From the NCBI GenBank assembly GCA_050952065.1, contig JBMNKF010000002.1:309123-373122 (forward strand): a stretch of DNA of 64,000 nucleotides, given 5' to 3'. The translations under genes and the position numbers were made by a program. This document shows, piece by piece, positions 36,810 through 46,920 of this stretch (its first letter is position 1; each line of letters starts with the position of its first letter). Below the pieces are notes generated by a model. It was not told the DNA's origin and did no database searches. It worked only from the letters and a program-made list of their open reading frames with translations. Origin of the DNA: Bacillota bacterium (lineage in GTDB: Bacteria; Bacillota; Sulfobacillia; Fermentithermobacillales; Fermentithermobacillaceae).

Positions 36810-37373
36810 GTGGCAGAACACGCGCCCAATTCCCGTCAGTGCAAGTTCGATGAATGCCGCCAGACAGAGGCCAAGATTGGGGTTATTTTGGGGAGCGCTT
36901 CTGATCTGGACCGGGTTGGTTCCCTGTTCAGTACCTTGCAGGATTTTGGCGTGCCGTACGAAGTTGCGGTGATATCGGCCCATAGGACGCCCGAACTCTT
37001 GTCCAAGTATGCGTCTACAGCTTTTGGGCGAGGGATCAAGGTCATAATCGCGGCCGCCGGTCTTTCTGCCGCCTTGCCAGGGGCAGTTGCGGCTCTGGTG
37101 GACATCCCTGTTGTGGGCCTGCCTCTAGATGCTGGAACGCTAATGGGCGTTGATGCTCTGTTGTCTATCGTTCAGATGCCGCAGGGGGTTCCCGTGGCAA
37201 CCGTGGGGATAGGTAACTCCAAGAACGCGGCGCTTCTGGCTTTGCGAATCCTTGGAGTCAGTTCGCCGGAAGTTTTGTCCCGGCTTGCGGACTACCGGGA
37301 GTCGATGAAGAAAGAGACGATGGATAAGGGCCTGGCGGTGTCGGAAAAGGGGCTCCCTTCGTGGAACCCTTAG
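36810..37373 (+). CDS. purE: N5-carboxyaminoimidazole ribonucleotide mutase
   Basis: KIGVILGSASD...VISAHRTP...IIAAAGLSAALPG motifs. GTG start; the N-terminal extension is uncertain. Confidence 0.92.
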   Translation: MAEHAPNSRQCKFDECRQTEAKIGVILGSASDLDRVGSLFSTLQDFGVPYEVAVISAHRTPELLSKYASTAFGRGIKVIIAAAGLSAALPGAVAALVDIPVVGLPLDAGTLMGVDALLSIVQMPQGVPVATVGIGNSKNAALLALRILGVSSPEVLSRLADYRESMKKETMDKGLAVSEKGLPSWNP

Positions 37374-37416
37374 GTTAGGGAAGAAGACGTTTTCTGTTGA
37401 GGGAGCTGGTCTTTCT

Positions 37417-38853
37417 ATGGGCTCAATTCGCGATCAGTGTGGCGTTTTCGCAGTAGTGGGGCACCCCCGAGCAGCCGAAATGTGCTATTACGGCCTTTAC
37501 GCGCTGCAGCACAGGGGCCAAGAGTCTGCCGGTATTGCTATCGGCCAGGGCCTCAAGATCAAGACCAAGAAGGGCATAGGCTTGGTTTCAGACATATTCA
37601 CGGGCGATGACCTGAAAAGGATGCCGGGAGACCGGGCAATAGGGCACGTTCGATACGCTGTGGATGAAGACATCACAATAGAAAACGCCCAGCCCATCAC
37701 GGTGAAGATGTGGCGCGGATGGTTATCCCTGGCCAACAACGGTAGTCCTGGTCAACGCTCATCAACTCAGAGATGTTCTGGAGCAAGAAGGCTCCATCTT
37801 CCAGACGACATCCGATAGTGAAGTGATCGCACACCTCATGGCCCGTTCTAAGGAGCAGGATGTATTCGCGGCGCTGCAGGAGTCCTTGGCACAGATCAAA
37901 GGTGCCTACTCTTTGGCCATCTTGACTCCCCAAGGCGCTCTGGCAGCAAGAGACCCTCACGGGTTCCGGCCTCTGTGCATTGGCAAGATAGACGGCGCTT
38001 ATGTGATTTCCTCCGAGACGTGTGGCCTCGACGCAGTTGGAGCGACTTTTCTGAGAGAAGTATCCCCGGGTGAGATCGTGTCCGTCGAGATGGGAAGGCT
38101 CTACGTCCAGCACCGGCGGCAAGGTCTCGGGATGTCGCCTCAGGGACAAAGCAAGTAGTCAAGCCTCTAGCTCAATCTCTCTGCGTTTTCGAGTTCATAT
38201 ACTTCGCCCGGCCTGACTCGGATATCTCAGGACTTAACGTTCACGCTGTGCGAAAGGCTTTTGGACGCAGACTGGCCCGCAAGGCTCCGGTTGAGGCCGA
38301 CTTGGTGACGGGCGTTCCCGACTCCTCGCTTTCCGCCGCAGCGGGATTTGCTGAAGAAGCGGGGCTTCCCTACGAAATGGGCTTGGTGAAGAACCGCTAC
38401 ATCGGGCGCACCTTCATAGCACCCGAGCAGAACCTGAGGGAATTGGCCGTCAGAATAAAGCTGAACCCTCTTCGAAGCCTCATCGAAGGGAAAAGAGTTG
38501 TCCTAGTGGACGACTCCATTGTTAGGGGCACCACATCCCGCCATATCATAGGACTCTTGAGGTCCGAGGGTGCCCGGGAAGTCCACGTTAGGATCAGTTC
38601 GCCCCCTTACCGTTTTCCTTGCTACTACGGGATAGATACCCCTTCTGCTTGCGAGTTGCCGGCCGCCACTTTGAACGTTGAGTCCATCAGGGAGAGAATC
38701 GGTGCTGACAGCCTCGTTTACCTTGACCTTCAGGACATAAGCGACATTCTGGGCGAAAAGGTCTCGGGGTTCTGTTCTTCGTGTTTTGACGGCAACTACC
38801 CGGTTGATGTATCAGCACTGGAGCATCCCAACGGAAGGGATGGATTTAGATGA
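37417..38853 (+). pseudogene. purF: Amidophosphoribosyltransferase, interrupted by two frameshifts (three ORF pieces)
   Basis: 37417..37818 gives MGSIRDQ/CGVFAVVGH...LSLANNG. The sequence continues in the +1 frame as VLVNAHQLRDVLEQEGSIFQTTSDSEVIAHL (37823..38158), then in a third piece ..CVFEFIYFARPDS...VLVDDSIVRGTT...CYYGIDT (to 38853). The breaks are near 37741-37745 and 38100-38150. Confidence 0.85.
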
Positions 38854-39854
38854 GTCAGTATCGCGAAGCCGGTGTGGATATCGATGCAGCTTCTTCGTCT
38901 GTGGAGAGGATTAAGAAACTCATAGGTTCAACCCACGGTCCGGGCGTACTATCGACCATAGGGGGCTTTTCCGGTCTGTACCATGCCGGGGCACTCGAGT
39001 TCAAAGACCTGGTCCTGGCTTCCGGCGCTGATGGCGTGGGCACCAAAGTCAAGATATCCCAAGCAATGGGGAAGCACGATACCGTTGGGATCGATCTGGT
39101 GGCAATGAACTGCGACGACGTGGTTACTTCGGGTGCACGACCCCTGTTCTTCCTCGACTACATTGCCGTCTCCAAACTCGAACCCGAAGTCATCACCGAT
39201 TTGGTTAAAGGCATTGTGGAAGGATGTAACCAAGCGGGATGCGTCCTCTTGGGTGGCGAGACTGCCCAGATGCCCGATGTCTACCGACCCGGCGAGTACG
39301 ATCTGGCGGGGTTTTGTGTGGGGGGCGTGGAGCGGAGCGAGATAATTGACGGTTCTCGCATCTCGGCGGGAGATGTCCTCATAGGATTTAGGTCTTCGGG
39401 GCTTCACTCTAACGGCTACACTCTGGCCCGCCGCATTCTTCTTGATGAAGCCAAACTGCGCCTCGACCAGGTAATACCCGAGTTTGGTCGCACTCTCGGC
39501 GAGGAGTTGCTTGAGCCGACGCGGATATACGCGAAATCACTTATCTCACTGAAAGACCAAGTTGACGTGAAAGGTATCGCCCACATAACCGGGGGAGGGA
39601 TCTTGGGAAACGTTCCCAGGATCTTGCCACGGGGACTTGCAATGAGCCTCACTTATGAGTGGGGGATTCCCCCCGTATTCCGGCTGATTCAGGACTTGGG
39701 CAACGTGTCTTCCCAGGAAATGTACCGGGTTTTCAACATGGGAGTCGGGATGGTCGTTGTGGTGTCGCCCATAGAGGCTGATCGTGCGATTGCTGTCCTG
39801 GCGGAGTTAGGCATCGACGCTTTTGCCATAGGGGAGATAACAAAACATGCCTGA
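38850..39854 (+). CDS. purM: Phosphoribosylformylglycinamidine cyclo-ligase (AIR synthetase)
   Basis: 334 aa, YREAGVDIDA...GGFSGLY...DGVGTK...HITGGG motifs. Intact. Confidence 0.95.
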   Translation: MSQYREAGVDIDAASSSVERIKKLIGSTHGPGVLSTIGGFSGLYHAGALEFKDLVLASGADGVGTKVKISQAMGKHDTVGIDLVAMNCDDVVTSGARPLFFLDYIAVSKLEPEVITDLVKGIVEGCNQAGCVLLGGETAQMPDVYRPGEYDLAGFCVGGVERSEIIDGSRISAGDVLIGFRSSGLHSNGYTLARRILLDEAKLRLDQVIPEFGRTLGEELLEPTRIYAKSLISLKDQVDVKGIAHITGGGILGNVPRILPRGLAMSLTYEWGIPPVFRLIQDLGNVSSQEMYRVFNMGVGMVVVVSPIEADRAIAVLAELGIDAFAIGEITKHA

Positions 39855-40489
39855 TCGGAAGACCCACCACCTGACGCTTGGAGTGTTGGTTTCAGGTAGA
39901 GGTACAAACCTCCAGGCGATTCTCGACGGGTGCCAAGACGGCACAATTCCTGCCAAAGTTGGCGTAGTGATTTCCAATAGGCCCGAGGCGCTTGCCCTTG
40001 ACCGGGCCAGGGCCAAGGGGGTTCCCGTTTTCACCGTTTCACACAAAAAGTATGGATGCTGGCCCGATACTCGCCCACGGTACGAGAAGGAAGTAGTGGA
40101 GATTTTGAAATTCTTTGGAGTTGAACTAGTAGTCTTGGCCGGATACGATAGGTTGGTAGGCGAGGATATGCTAGAGGCGTTTCCAAACCGCATCATCAAC
40201 ATACACCCGTCCCTATTGCCCTCCTTTCCCGGATTGTCTGGCCAGAAAGATGCCTTAGAGTATGGATGCAAGGTCTCGGGCGCCACGGTGTTTTTCGTGG
40301 ACCCGTCTATGGACGGCGGGCCCCATAATAGCCCAGGAGGCTGTCCCAGTGCTAGAGGACGATACTGTTGAGAGTCTTTCGGCTCGAATCCTGGAGGCGG
40401 AACACCGGATTCTACCCAAGGCAATCACTCTAATAGCAGAGGGTCGAACAGTGATTGAAGGTCGCAGAGTGAGGATCTTAAAACCGTGA
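39847..40489 (+). pseudogene. purN: Phosphoribosylglycinamide formyltransferase, one frameshift
   Basis: LGVLVSGRGTNLQAI...IINIHPSLLPSFPG...GATVFFVDPSMDGGP, then the frame changes at the CCCC run 40321-40324. The continuation IIAQEAVPVLEDDTVESLSARILEAEHRILP is in the +1 frame (ORF 40262..40489). Confidence 0.85.
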
Positions 40490-42049
40490 GCGAGGTGGCG
40501 AATATGGCTTCCAGAAGAGCGATAATGAGCGTTGCCAACAAAGATGGTCTTGTGAACTTGGCCCGATCTCTAGCCACAATGGGTTGGGAGATTGTTTCCA
40601 CGGGCGGCACTGCTCGTCTCCTTAGATCAGAAGGCGTTGAAGTCAAGGACATAAGCGAGATCACCGGATTCCCCGAGATGTTAGGAGGGCGGGTCAAGAC
40701 GCTCCATCCCGCGGTTCACGCAGGGATTCTGGCACGGCGCACTAACCCGAGGGATATGGAAGAGGTGAAATCGCTGGGCATTGCTCCTGTGGACATGGTT
40801 GTTTGTAACCTCTACCAGTTTACGGAAACGGCGGGCAGACCTTCTGCCACCATGGATGATATCATCGAGGAGATCGACATAGGCGGAGTCACGCTCCTGC
40901 GGGCCGCCGCCAAGAACTATGAGTCAGTGACGGTCGTCTGTGATCCCAAGAGGTATGACGCCATCGTTCAAGAACTCGAGACTAACGGCGACGTGAGGTT
41001 TGGATACCCGAAAACTACTGGCGCTTGAGGTGTTTAACCACACGGCGACGTACGATTCGAGCCATCGCGTCTTTCTTGGGTAGCAAATGGGGCAATTGGC
41101 CTTTGGACTTCCCCGAAGAACTCACCTTCGGCTACAGGAAAGCCCTTTCACTTCGGTACGGCGAGAATCCTCACCAGAAGGCAGCATTCTACGAGCCCGT
41201 CACGCCTGGCGTGGCTAAGTTCCTTTCGGGCGGCAGGGGCAAGGGGGTTGTCCTACAATAACATCAACGATGCCGACACCGCTTACAGAGCCGTTTGTGA
41301 ACTGCCGGCGCCAGCCTGTGTCATCGTGAAACACGCGAGTCCGTGCGGAGTAGCCATCGGAGCCTCGGCCGTGGAAGCGTACGAGAAGGCATTGGCAGCC
41401 GATCCTGTCTCGGCATTCGGAGGTGTGATCGCATTTAACTGCCAAGTGGATGAACCTTGCGCAGAAGCCCTGAAGAATCTCTTTGTGGAGGTACTGGTCG
41501 CTCCCGGGTTTTCCGCAAGAGCAATGGATGCTCTCCGGAGCAGGAAGAATCTCAGGTTCATAACCACCGGCGACTTGCCCGCCCACGCCGAGTCTTATAC
41601 TGTGCGTCCAGCCATGGGAGGTCTATTGGTCCCAGAGTCAGGACAGTCAATTGCCGAGGGACGAGAACTGGCGTGTCGTGTCAAAGCGGGTACCCACAGA
41701 AGAGGAGATGCGCGATCTCGAATTCGCCATGACCGTCTGCAAGCACGTAAGATCAAACGCTATCGTTTTCGCCAAGAACTGCGTGACCACAGGGATCGGC
41801 GGAGGTCAGCCCAACCGCGTGGACTGCGTCCGCATCGCGGTGGAGAGGGGCAAGGAAGCCGTCCGGGGGTCGGTAATGGCTTCAGACGCTTTCTTCCCGT
41901 TCCCCGACTCGGTTGAGGTTGCTGCCAAGGCGGGGATCACTGCGATCGTCCACCCTGGCGGTTCTCGGAACGATGATGAGTCTCTTGCGGTGGCCGATGC
42001 TCACGGCATGGCCATGGTTCTCAGCGGTGCCAGGCATTTTCGGCACTAG
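40486..42049 (+). pseudogene. purH: Bifunctional AICAR transformylase / IMP cyclohydrolase, about four frameshifts
   Basis: PurH sequence can be followed through frames 1>2>0>1>2. ..[21 protein letters not shown] | [20 protein letters not shown] | [24 protein letters not shown] | [21 protein letters not shown].. | NWRVVSKRVPTEEEMRDLEFAMTVCKHVRSNAIVFAK..GIGGGQPNRVD..HPGGSRND. The breaks are near 40999-41001 (TTT), ~41060, 41243-41247 (GGGGG) and ~41658 (GGG). Confidence 0.85.
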
Positions 42050-42072
42050 TTAGTGTAGGGAGGCAGTCCGTT

Positions 42073-43371
42073 ATGGATGTCTTGGTATTGGGCTCCGGAG
42101 GAAGAGAACACGCTTTGGCATGGAGAATCGGCCGAAGTCCGTCAGCCGGCAGAGTATATGTGGCTCCAGGCAACCCGGGAACCTCTGAAGTGGGCACTAA
42201 CGTGGCTCTCAACCTGAGCGACTTCGAAGAGATTACAAAGTACGTCAAGTCGGCAGGAATCCAGTTGGTAGTGGTGGGGCCCGAAAATCCTTTGGCCGAC
42301 GGGATCGCTGATTACTTGAGAGGCCATGGCATTTCTACTTTTGGTCCGGGGAAAGACGGAGCCCGCTTGGAGGCCAGCAAGGCCTGGGCTAAACAGTTCA
42401 TGGCGAGGCACGACATTCCCCATCCGGATTTTCGGACATTCGACGATCTTCGGTTGGCTGAAGAATACCTTCGGAGTACGCCCGGCCCCTGGGTTGTTAA
42501 GGCCGATGGGCTTGCGTTGGGAAAGGGCGTTAGCATCGTAACGGATCTTGACCATGGTCGGGCGGTTCTTCGGGACACGATGAGCGGCAAGATCCACGGC
42601 GAGGCGGGCAAACGGGTCATCATCGAGGAATTCCTTACGGGTCGAGAGATAAGCGCAATGGCTCTTTGCGACGGTACCAGCCTTCTCCCGTTGCCTCTGG
42701 CCAAGGACCACAAGACCGCCTTTGACGGAGATACGGGGCCAATGACCGGCGGGATGGGCGCCTATTCGCCGGTCCCGTTTGTGGACGCCGAGACTAGAGA
42801 GCTAATCAATACTCGGATCCTCCAAGCCACGTTGACCGGCCTTCGGGCAGAGGGCATCGACTTTCGAGGTGTCTTGTATGCGGGCTTGATGCTCACGGCG
42901 GAGGGCCCTAAGGTTCTCGAGTATAACGTAAGATTTGGCGATCCCGAGACCCAGTGCGTATTGCCGCGGCTTTCGGGGGATTTCTGCAAGCTGCTTGCGG
43001 CCTGCGCAGAGGGAAGCCTGGAGAGTATCATGGATACCGCCCAAAGCCCCATAGTCGATGTGACTCCCGAAGCCTGCGTTAGCGTGGTTTTGGCCTCGAA
43101 CGGTTATCCGGGCCTCTACGAAAAAGGCATGCCCATATCTATAGAAGACACAGAGGACGAATCTGGCCGCGGAGAGGCAATCAGATTTCACGCCGGAACG
43201 ACCATGAAGAATGGTCAGTTGGTTACATCGGGGGGGCGTGTGTTGGCCGTCACTGCCCTTGCGCCTTCGGTTGAAGAGGCCGCCCAAAAGGCTTACCGCG
43301 TCGCCCAGACTGTGGAGTTTCGTGGGAAAACCTATAGGAGCGATATTGGAAGGCTACAGGGAAACCATTAG
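42073..43371 (+). CDS. purD: Phosphoribosylamine-glycine ligase
   Basis: 432 aa, MDVLVLGSGGREHALAW...VVVGPE...VKADGLALGKGV...EYNVRFGDPE. Intact. Confidence 0.95.
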   Translation: MDVLVLGSGGREHALAWRIGRSPSAGRVYVAPGNPGTSEVGTNVALNLSDFEEITKYVKSAGIQLVVVGPENPLADGIADYLRGHGISTFGPGKDGARLEASKAWAKQFMARHDIPHPDFRTFDDLRLAEEYLRSTPGPWVVKADGLALGKGVSIVTDLDHGRAVLRDTMSGKIHGEAGKRVIIEEFLTGREISAMALCDGTSLLPLPLAKDHKTAFDGDTGPMTGGMGAYSPVPFVDAETRELINTRILQATLTGLRAEGIDFRGVLYAGLMLTAEGPKVLEYNVRFGDPETQCVLPRLSGDFCKLLAACAEGSLESIMDTAQSPIVDVTPEACVSVVLASNGYPGLYEKGMPISIEDTEDESGRGEAIRFHAGTTMKNGQLVTSGGRVLAVTALAPSVEEAAQKAYRVAQTVEFRGKTYRSDIGRLQGNH

Positions 43372-43387
43372 GAAGGATTAGGAAAGG
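43367..43387 (+). repeat. Near-perfect 10/11-nt tandem duplication spanning the purD stop codon and forming the queT RBS
   Basis: ATTAGGAAGG ATTAGGAAAGG. The TAG stop of purD is at 43369-43371. The second copy supplies AGGAAAGG 7 nt before GTG 43394. Confidence 0.85.
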
Positions 43388-43393
43388 TGACTT

Positions 43394-43882
43394 GTGGGGA
43401 AGACAACGCGTGTGTTAGCCCGCATAGCGGTGTTAGCGGGGGTTTACGTTGCGCTCACTGTTCTCCCGCCGTTCAATGCCTTAGGCTACTCGGCGGTTCA
43501 GGTCAGAGTCTCTGAGGCACTTGCGGTCCTTCCTTACTTTGGTCCGTGGGCGCCTTGGGGGTTGTACATCGGGTGCATTTTAGCCAATCTGGGCAGTCCT
43601 TTTCTGCTGTGGGATGTAACCCTGGGTGCCTTTGCGTCCCTGATTGCTGCCATCCTCACCGGCCACATGCCCAAGAAGTCACTTGCACCTCTTCCTCCTG
43701 TGCTCCTCAATGCGGTGACAGTCTCCGCCTATGTAGCTCCTCTGTCCGGTCTTTCCTACTGGTCTGTGGTTCTGTACATCGGAATAGGTCAGGCCATTGC
43801 CTGCTATGGATTGGGTTATCCTCTTCTCTTGTGGGTTGATAGAAACGAGCGGTTGAAGGAGGTCTTGAGGGGCCCTATCTGA
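43394..43882 (+). CDS. queT: QueT-family queuosine-precursor transporter
   Basis: 162 aa, multi-TM. The N-terminus ARIAVLAGVYVALTVLPPFNALGYSAVQVRVSEALAVLPYF matches the QueT pattern. Confidence 0.7.
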   Translation: MGKTTRVLARIAVLAGVYVALTVLPPFNALGYSAVQVRVSEALAVLPYFGPWAPWGLYIGCILANLGSPFLLWDVTLGAFASLIAAILTGHMPKKSLAPLPPVLLNAVTVSAYVAPLSGLSYWSVVLYIGIGQAIACYGLGYPLLLWVDRNERLKEVLRGPI

Positions 43883-44255
43883 CTACCGAATCAACGTCTG
43901 ACGATGAGCTAACAAGCGTGACCGTCATGTGATTTGGCACGCAAACAGCCGACTGGCCGGGGTTAGAAACCCACCCAGTCTTCCAACATATGCCGTCAGG
44001 GCAGAACTCTTTGGAGTTGGGCATAACCCGAGCGCGCCCTTGTCCGTATTCGATTATCGCATCGCCGCCCTTGACCCGGATCACTGCTTGAGCCATATCA
44101 GGGGAAGCGGCTGGAAGCCGGGCGACTTCTCGCCCGTCGACTTTCACCACTGCCACAAGGTTGTAGGCTTCTTTCGGGATGAGGTAGAAAACAGCCCATA
44201 CCACTGCTACTAGGGCTATTGCAGATACAACGATGATCGCGTCACCTTTGGTCAC
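43875..44255 (-). CDS. NusG-domain-II (DUF1312)-containing membrane protein
   Basis: From GTG 44255: one TM, then ..VKVDGREVARL..IEYGQGRARVMPNSKEFCPDGICWKTGWVSNPGQSAVCVPNHMTVTL, the conserved CPD.IC...GW...G....C.PN pattern. Confidence 0.7.
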   Translation of the reverse strand: MTKGDAIIVVSAIALVAVVWAVFYLIPKEAYNLVAVVKVDGREVARLPAASPDMAQAVIRVKGGDAIIEYGQGRARVMPNSKEFCPDGICWKTGWVSNPGQSAVCVPNHMTVTLVSSSSDVDSVVR

Positions 44256-44403
44256 TGTGCTGCCCCTCCCCCTACGGTGATTATAGCAGACACCATCCGT
44301 ACCTGTAATTGTGGGGGGTAACTGGCAAAATGCGTAATTGGCGCTCAAATCGATCGATGAGGCCAATCTGTAGAGATCGGTCATCTAGAGAAGGCGTACT
44401 TGT

Positions 44404-45144
44404 CTAGGCGATGCTGTTCAGCACCAGGGACGACCAGGTTTCAAAGTTGCCCAGGGCGTGTACCTTGGAAATCTCGACCCAGGCACCTTGCATTTTGTCG
44501 TTTTCCCTCACTGCCAAGAGGGGAGATGTCAACCTCACCATTGAGACAACTCCGAGATGAACTCGGCCTACCTCGTTCTGATCGTCGTTGAGAAATCCTA
44601 GGATGGCCACGCCCGGGTTTCCCGCTAAGGCTACTTCTTCGCGGATCTCTCTTATGGTATTCAACCCGACAATGGCCTTGATATCCGAGATCCTTCGCCT
44701 TGACGGCCAAGGTAAGCTTGGCACCGGGTTCATGTGACCACCTACGCCGATAGAGAGGAGGCCATGGAGCCGCTTTTCTCCCTGAGTGTCAAGACGTTTC
44801 ATTACAAAAATCCTCTTACTGGCCACAAACATTGTATAGGATATGAGCTGTTTGAAGCTGGGGTCAGATTCCACCTGGCTTCTCGGCTTAAAGATGGACT
44901 TTCGAGCCAAAGGCCGCCATATCTCGGGAGAGTCCTTTCGAAGCCCCCGCCACTTGCCGACTTCTGCATATAGATCGCTTGCGGGCACACAAAGCACCAG
45001 CTCATCGCCGGATGAATTCTCTAAGGTCACTTCAAGGTCAAACCCCTTTACACAAGATATGGAGTGAGCCTCCAAAAACATACAGTGTGGTTCGGGAAAA
45101 AGCCCTCTTTGAGGGCTGTCCCGAGGCACCCTAGATCCTATCAT
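44404..45144 (-). CDS. Nudix-related phosphoesterase (COG4112/YmaB-like); start uncertain
   Basis: The C-terminal half has a split Nudix-like box (IGVGGHMNP ... TIREIREEV) and GRVHLGVV. The ORF-track start 45345 would overlap the divergent M23 gene, so internal Met 45144 or 45081 is preferred. Confidence 0.45.
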   Translation of the reverse strand: MIGSRVPRDSPQRGLFPEPHCMFLEAHSISCVKGFDLEVTLENSSGDELVLCVPASDLYAEVGKWRGLRKDSPEIWRPLARKSIFKPRSQVESDPSFKQLISYTMFVASKRIFVMKRLDTQGEKRLHGLLSIGVGGHMNPVPSLPWPSRRRISDIKAIVGLNTIREIREEVALAGNPGVAILGFLNDDQNEVGRVHLGVVSMVRLTSPLLAVRENDKMQGAWVEISKVHALGNFETWSSLVLNSIA

Positions 45145-45189
45145 ATCTTGTCTATGCTCATAATAGGTTTTCTTAGCGAGGTGGTATGC

Positions 45190-45909
45190 ATGTCTTGGAG
45201 GAGCACGTATCAGGACAGAAGTCACGAGAGAAGTCAGCGTGCAAGAGAGGTCTTGGGGCTCAAAGGACTGCCAATATGGGCCAAGCAGGCTCTTGCGGCA
45301 GTTTTCATATTCTTCGTGCTCTTGGGGGCAGCCAAAGCACAACAAGGCTTAGCCCTAGATGTGGTGGCTGCAGCCCGGGACATCGTTACGACGGACCTCT
45401 CGTGGGATGGAGTCAAGACGTGGGCAGCCGGTATTCCGTCAACTCTTCGGAACTTGGCAGACCTGGATCTGAAGGATTTTTGGAGTAGGGCTGTGAGCGG
45501 CAAGCCAAAAGAGCTTGCCTGGCCCGTCATGGGCGACATCATTTCTCACTACGGGTGGAGACCCAATCCCGATTCGGCGGGCGTGTCACTTCACCAAGGC
45601 ATAGACATCGCTGCAGATAGGGGGACACCTGTCAAAGCCGTTCTAGATGGGGTGGTAGCCAACGTCAGGCAGTCGTCCACCTATGGCTTGGTGGTCGAGA
45701 TTGAACACGGGGGCGGTCTATCAACAGTGTACGGTCACCTCGATTCTGTCGCCATGACAGAAGGAGAGAAAGTGAAGCAAGGAGACACCATCGGGAAAGT
45801 GGGCGAAAGCGGCAATGCTACAGACCCCCATCTGCATTTCGAATTGAGAAAGGACGGCTTGGAGATTGACCCCTTGACAGTGCTGCCTCCGCCGGACGGC
45901 GGAACCTAG
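45190..45909 (+). CDS. M23 (LytM-type) peptidase-domain membrane protein, SpoIVFA-position
   Basis: From ATG 45190: a TM (ALAAVFIFFVLLGAA), then the M23 motifs HQGIDIAA..GTPVKAV..GHL..GESGNATDPHLHFE. Lies directly upstream of spoIVFB, as in clostridial genomes. Confidence 0.75.
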   Translation: MSWRSTYQDRSHERSQRAREVLGLKGLPIWAKQALAAVFIFFVLLGAAKAQQGLALDVVAAARDIVTTDLSWDGVKTWAAGIPSTLRNLADLDLKDFWSRAVSGKPKELAWPVMGDIISHYGWRPNPDSAGVSLHQGIDIAADRGTPVKAVLDGVVANVRQSSTYGLVVEIEHGGGLSTVYGHLDSVAMTEGEKVKQGDTIGKVGESGNATDPHLHFELRKDGLEIDPLTVLPPPDGGT

Positions 45910-45936
45910 AGCACACATGGATTTCCGCTGAAAGGA

Positions 45937-46893
45937 TTGGATGCTTTGTCTATCCCGGCAGGAAGATTAGGAGCGACCCAAGTGCGCATTCATGTGACCT
46001 TTGTGGTCGCGGGTTTGATCATGGCGCTATCGGGATATTTCTGGCACGTGGTCGTCTTGGCAGGGAGCATCCTCTTCCACGAATTTGGTCACTTAGCAGC
46101 CGCATCTTGGATGGGCGCAGAGATCTCTGAGATCCAAGTCTGGCCATTTGGCGCTACGGCCAGATTGGAGCGCTCGTGGCAGCTTACTCCGCCCGCGGAA
46201 ACCCTGGTGGCCTTCATGGGTCCTTTCAATAGCGGCATCCTGCTGGGTCTCGCTTCCGCCCTGGAGCGGGGTTTCATGGAGACGAGAGGTATAAGTCTTG
46301 GTGCCGAGTTTCCACTTTTTCACCTTCTCATACAAGCCAATCTGGGCCTTATGCTGATTAACCTAATACCCTGTCTCCCGCTTGACGGAGGTAGAATCCT
46401 GAGATCCCAGGTTTCGTTGAAGGTGGGTTACGTAGAGTCCACCAAGAGTGTGGCGACGTTCAGCATCTCATGTGGTACCGCCATGATCGTTCTGGGATTG
46501 GCCGGGTTCCTCCTGGCAAGGCAATGGCAAGGTTTGTGGCTGTCTGGTCTTCTGATTGGGCCCCTGGTGATATGGGGATCAATGGAAGAGAGGGCTGGAG
46601 TGTCTTCGTCCAATTTCATGGAAGTTATGACAAGGACTGATCGTCTCCGGCATCGCAAAGCCATACCCGTCCAAGAAATCATGGTACCCGGCGATGCCAA
46701 AGTGAGCGAAGTCGTCACAAAACTTCGTCCGTCCAAATACAACGTGATATTGGTTGCAGGGAGACACATGGGAGTCATGGGCAAGGTCACTGAGACTAAA
46801 CTCCTGGAAGCGTACTTTGCCGGCAAGGTGAATCTCCGCATTAAGGACCTCTGCTTTTGCGATCCACCTTACGTTGGCTATAATGGAGGATAA
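45937..46893 (+). CDS. spoIVFB: Site-2 (M50) intramembrane metalloprotease with a C-terminal CBS domain, SpoIVFB-like
   Basis: HEFGHLAAA (HExxH) in a TM, NLIPCLPLDGG (LDG motif), and a C-terminal CBS-like domain. Conserved position upstream of the rplU block. Confidence 0.75.
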   Translation: MDALSIPAGRLGATQVRIHVTFVVAGLIMALSGYFWHVVVLAGSILFHEFGHLAAASWMGAEISEIQVWPFGATARLERSWQLTPPAETLVAFMGPFNSGILLGLASALERGFMETRGISLGAEFPLFHLLIQANLGLMLINLIPCLPLDGGRILRSQVSLKVGYVESTKSVATFSISCGTAMIVLGLAGFLLARQWQGLWLSGLLIGPLVIWGSMEERAGVSSSNFMEVMTRTDRLRHRKAIPVQEIMVPGDAKVSEVVTKLRPSKYNVILVAGRHMGVMGKVTETKLLEAYFAGKVNLRIKDLCFCDPPYVGYNGG

Positions 46894-46920
46894 GGAGAGT
46901 CTGCAGAAAGGTCAAATGCG

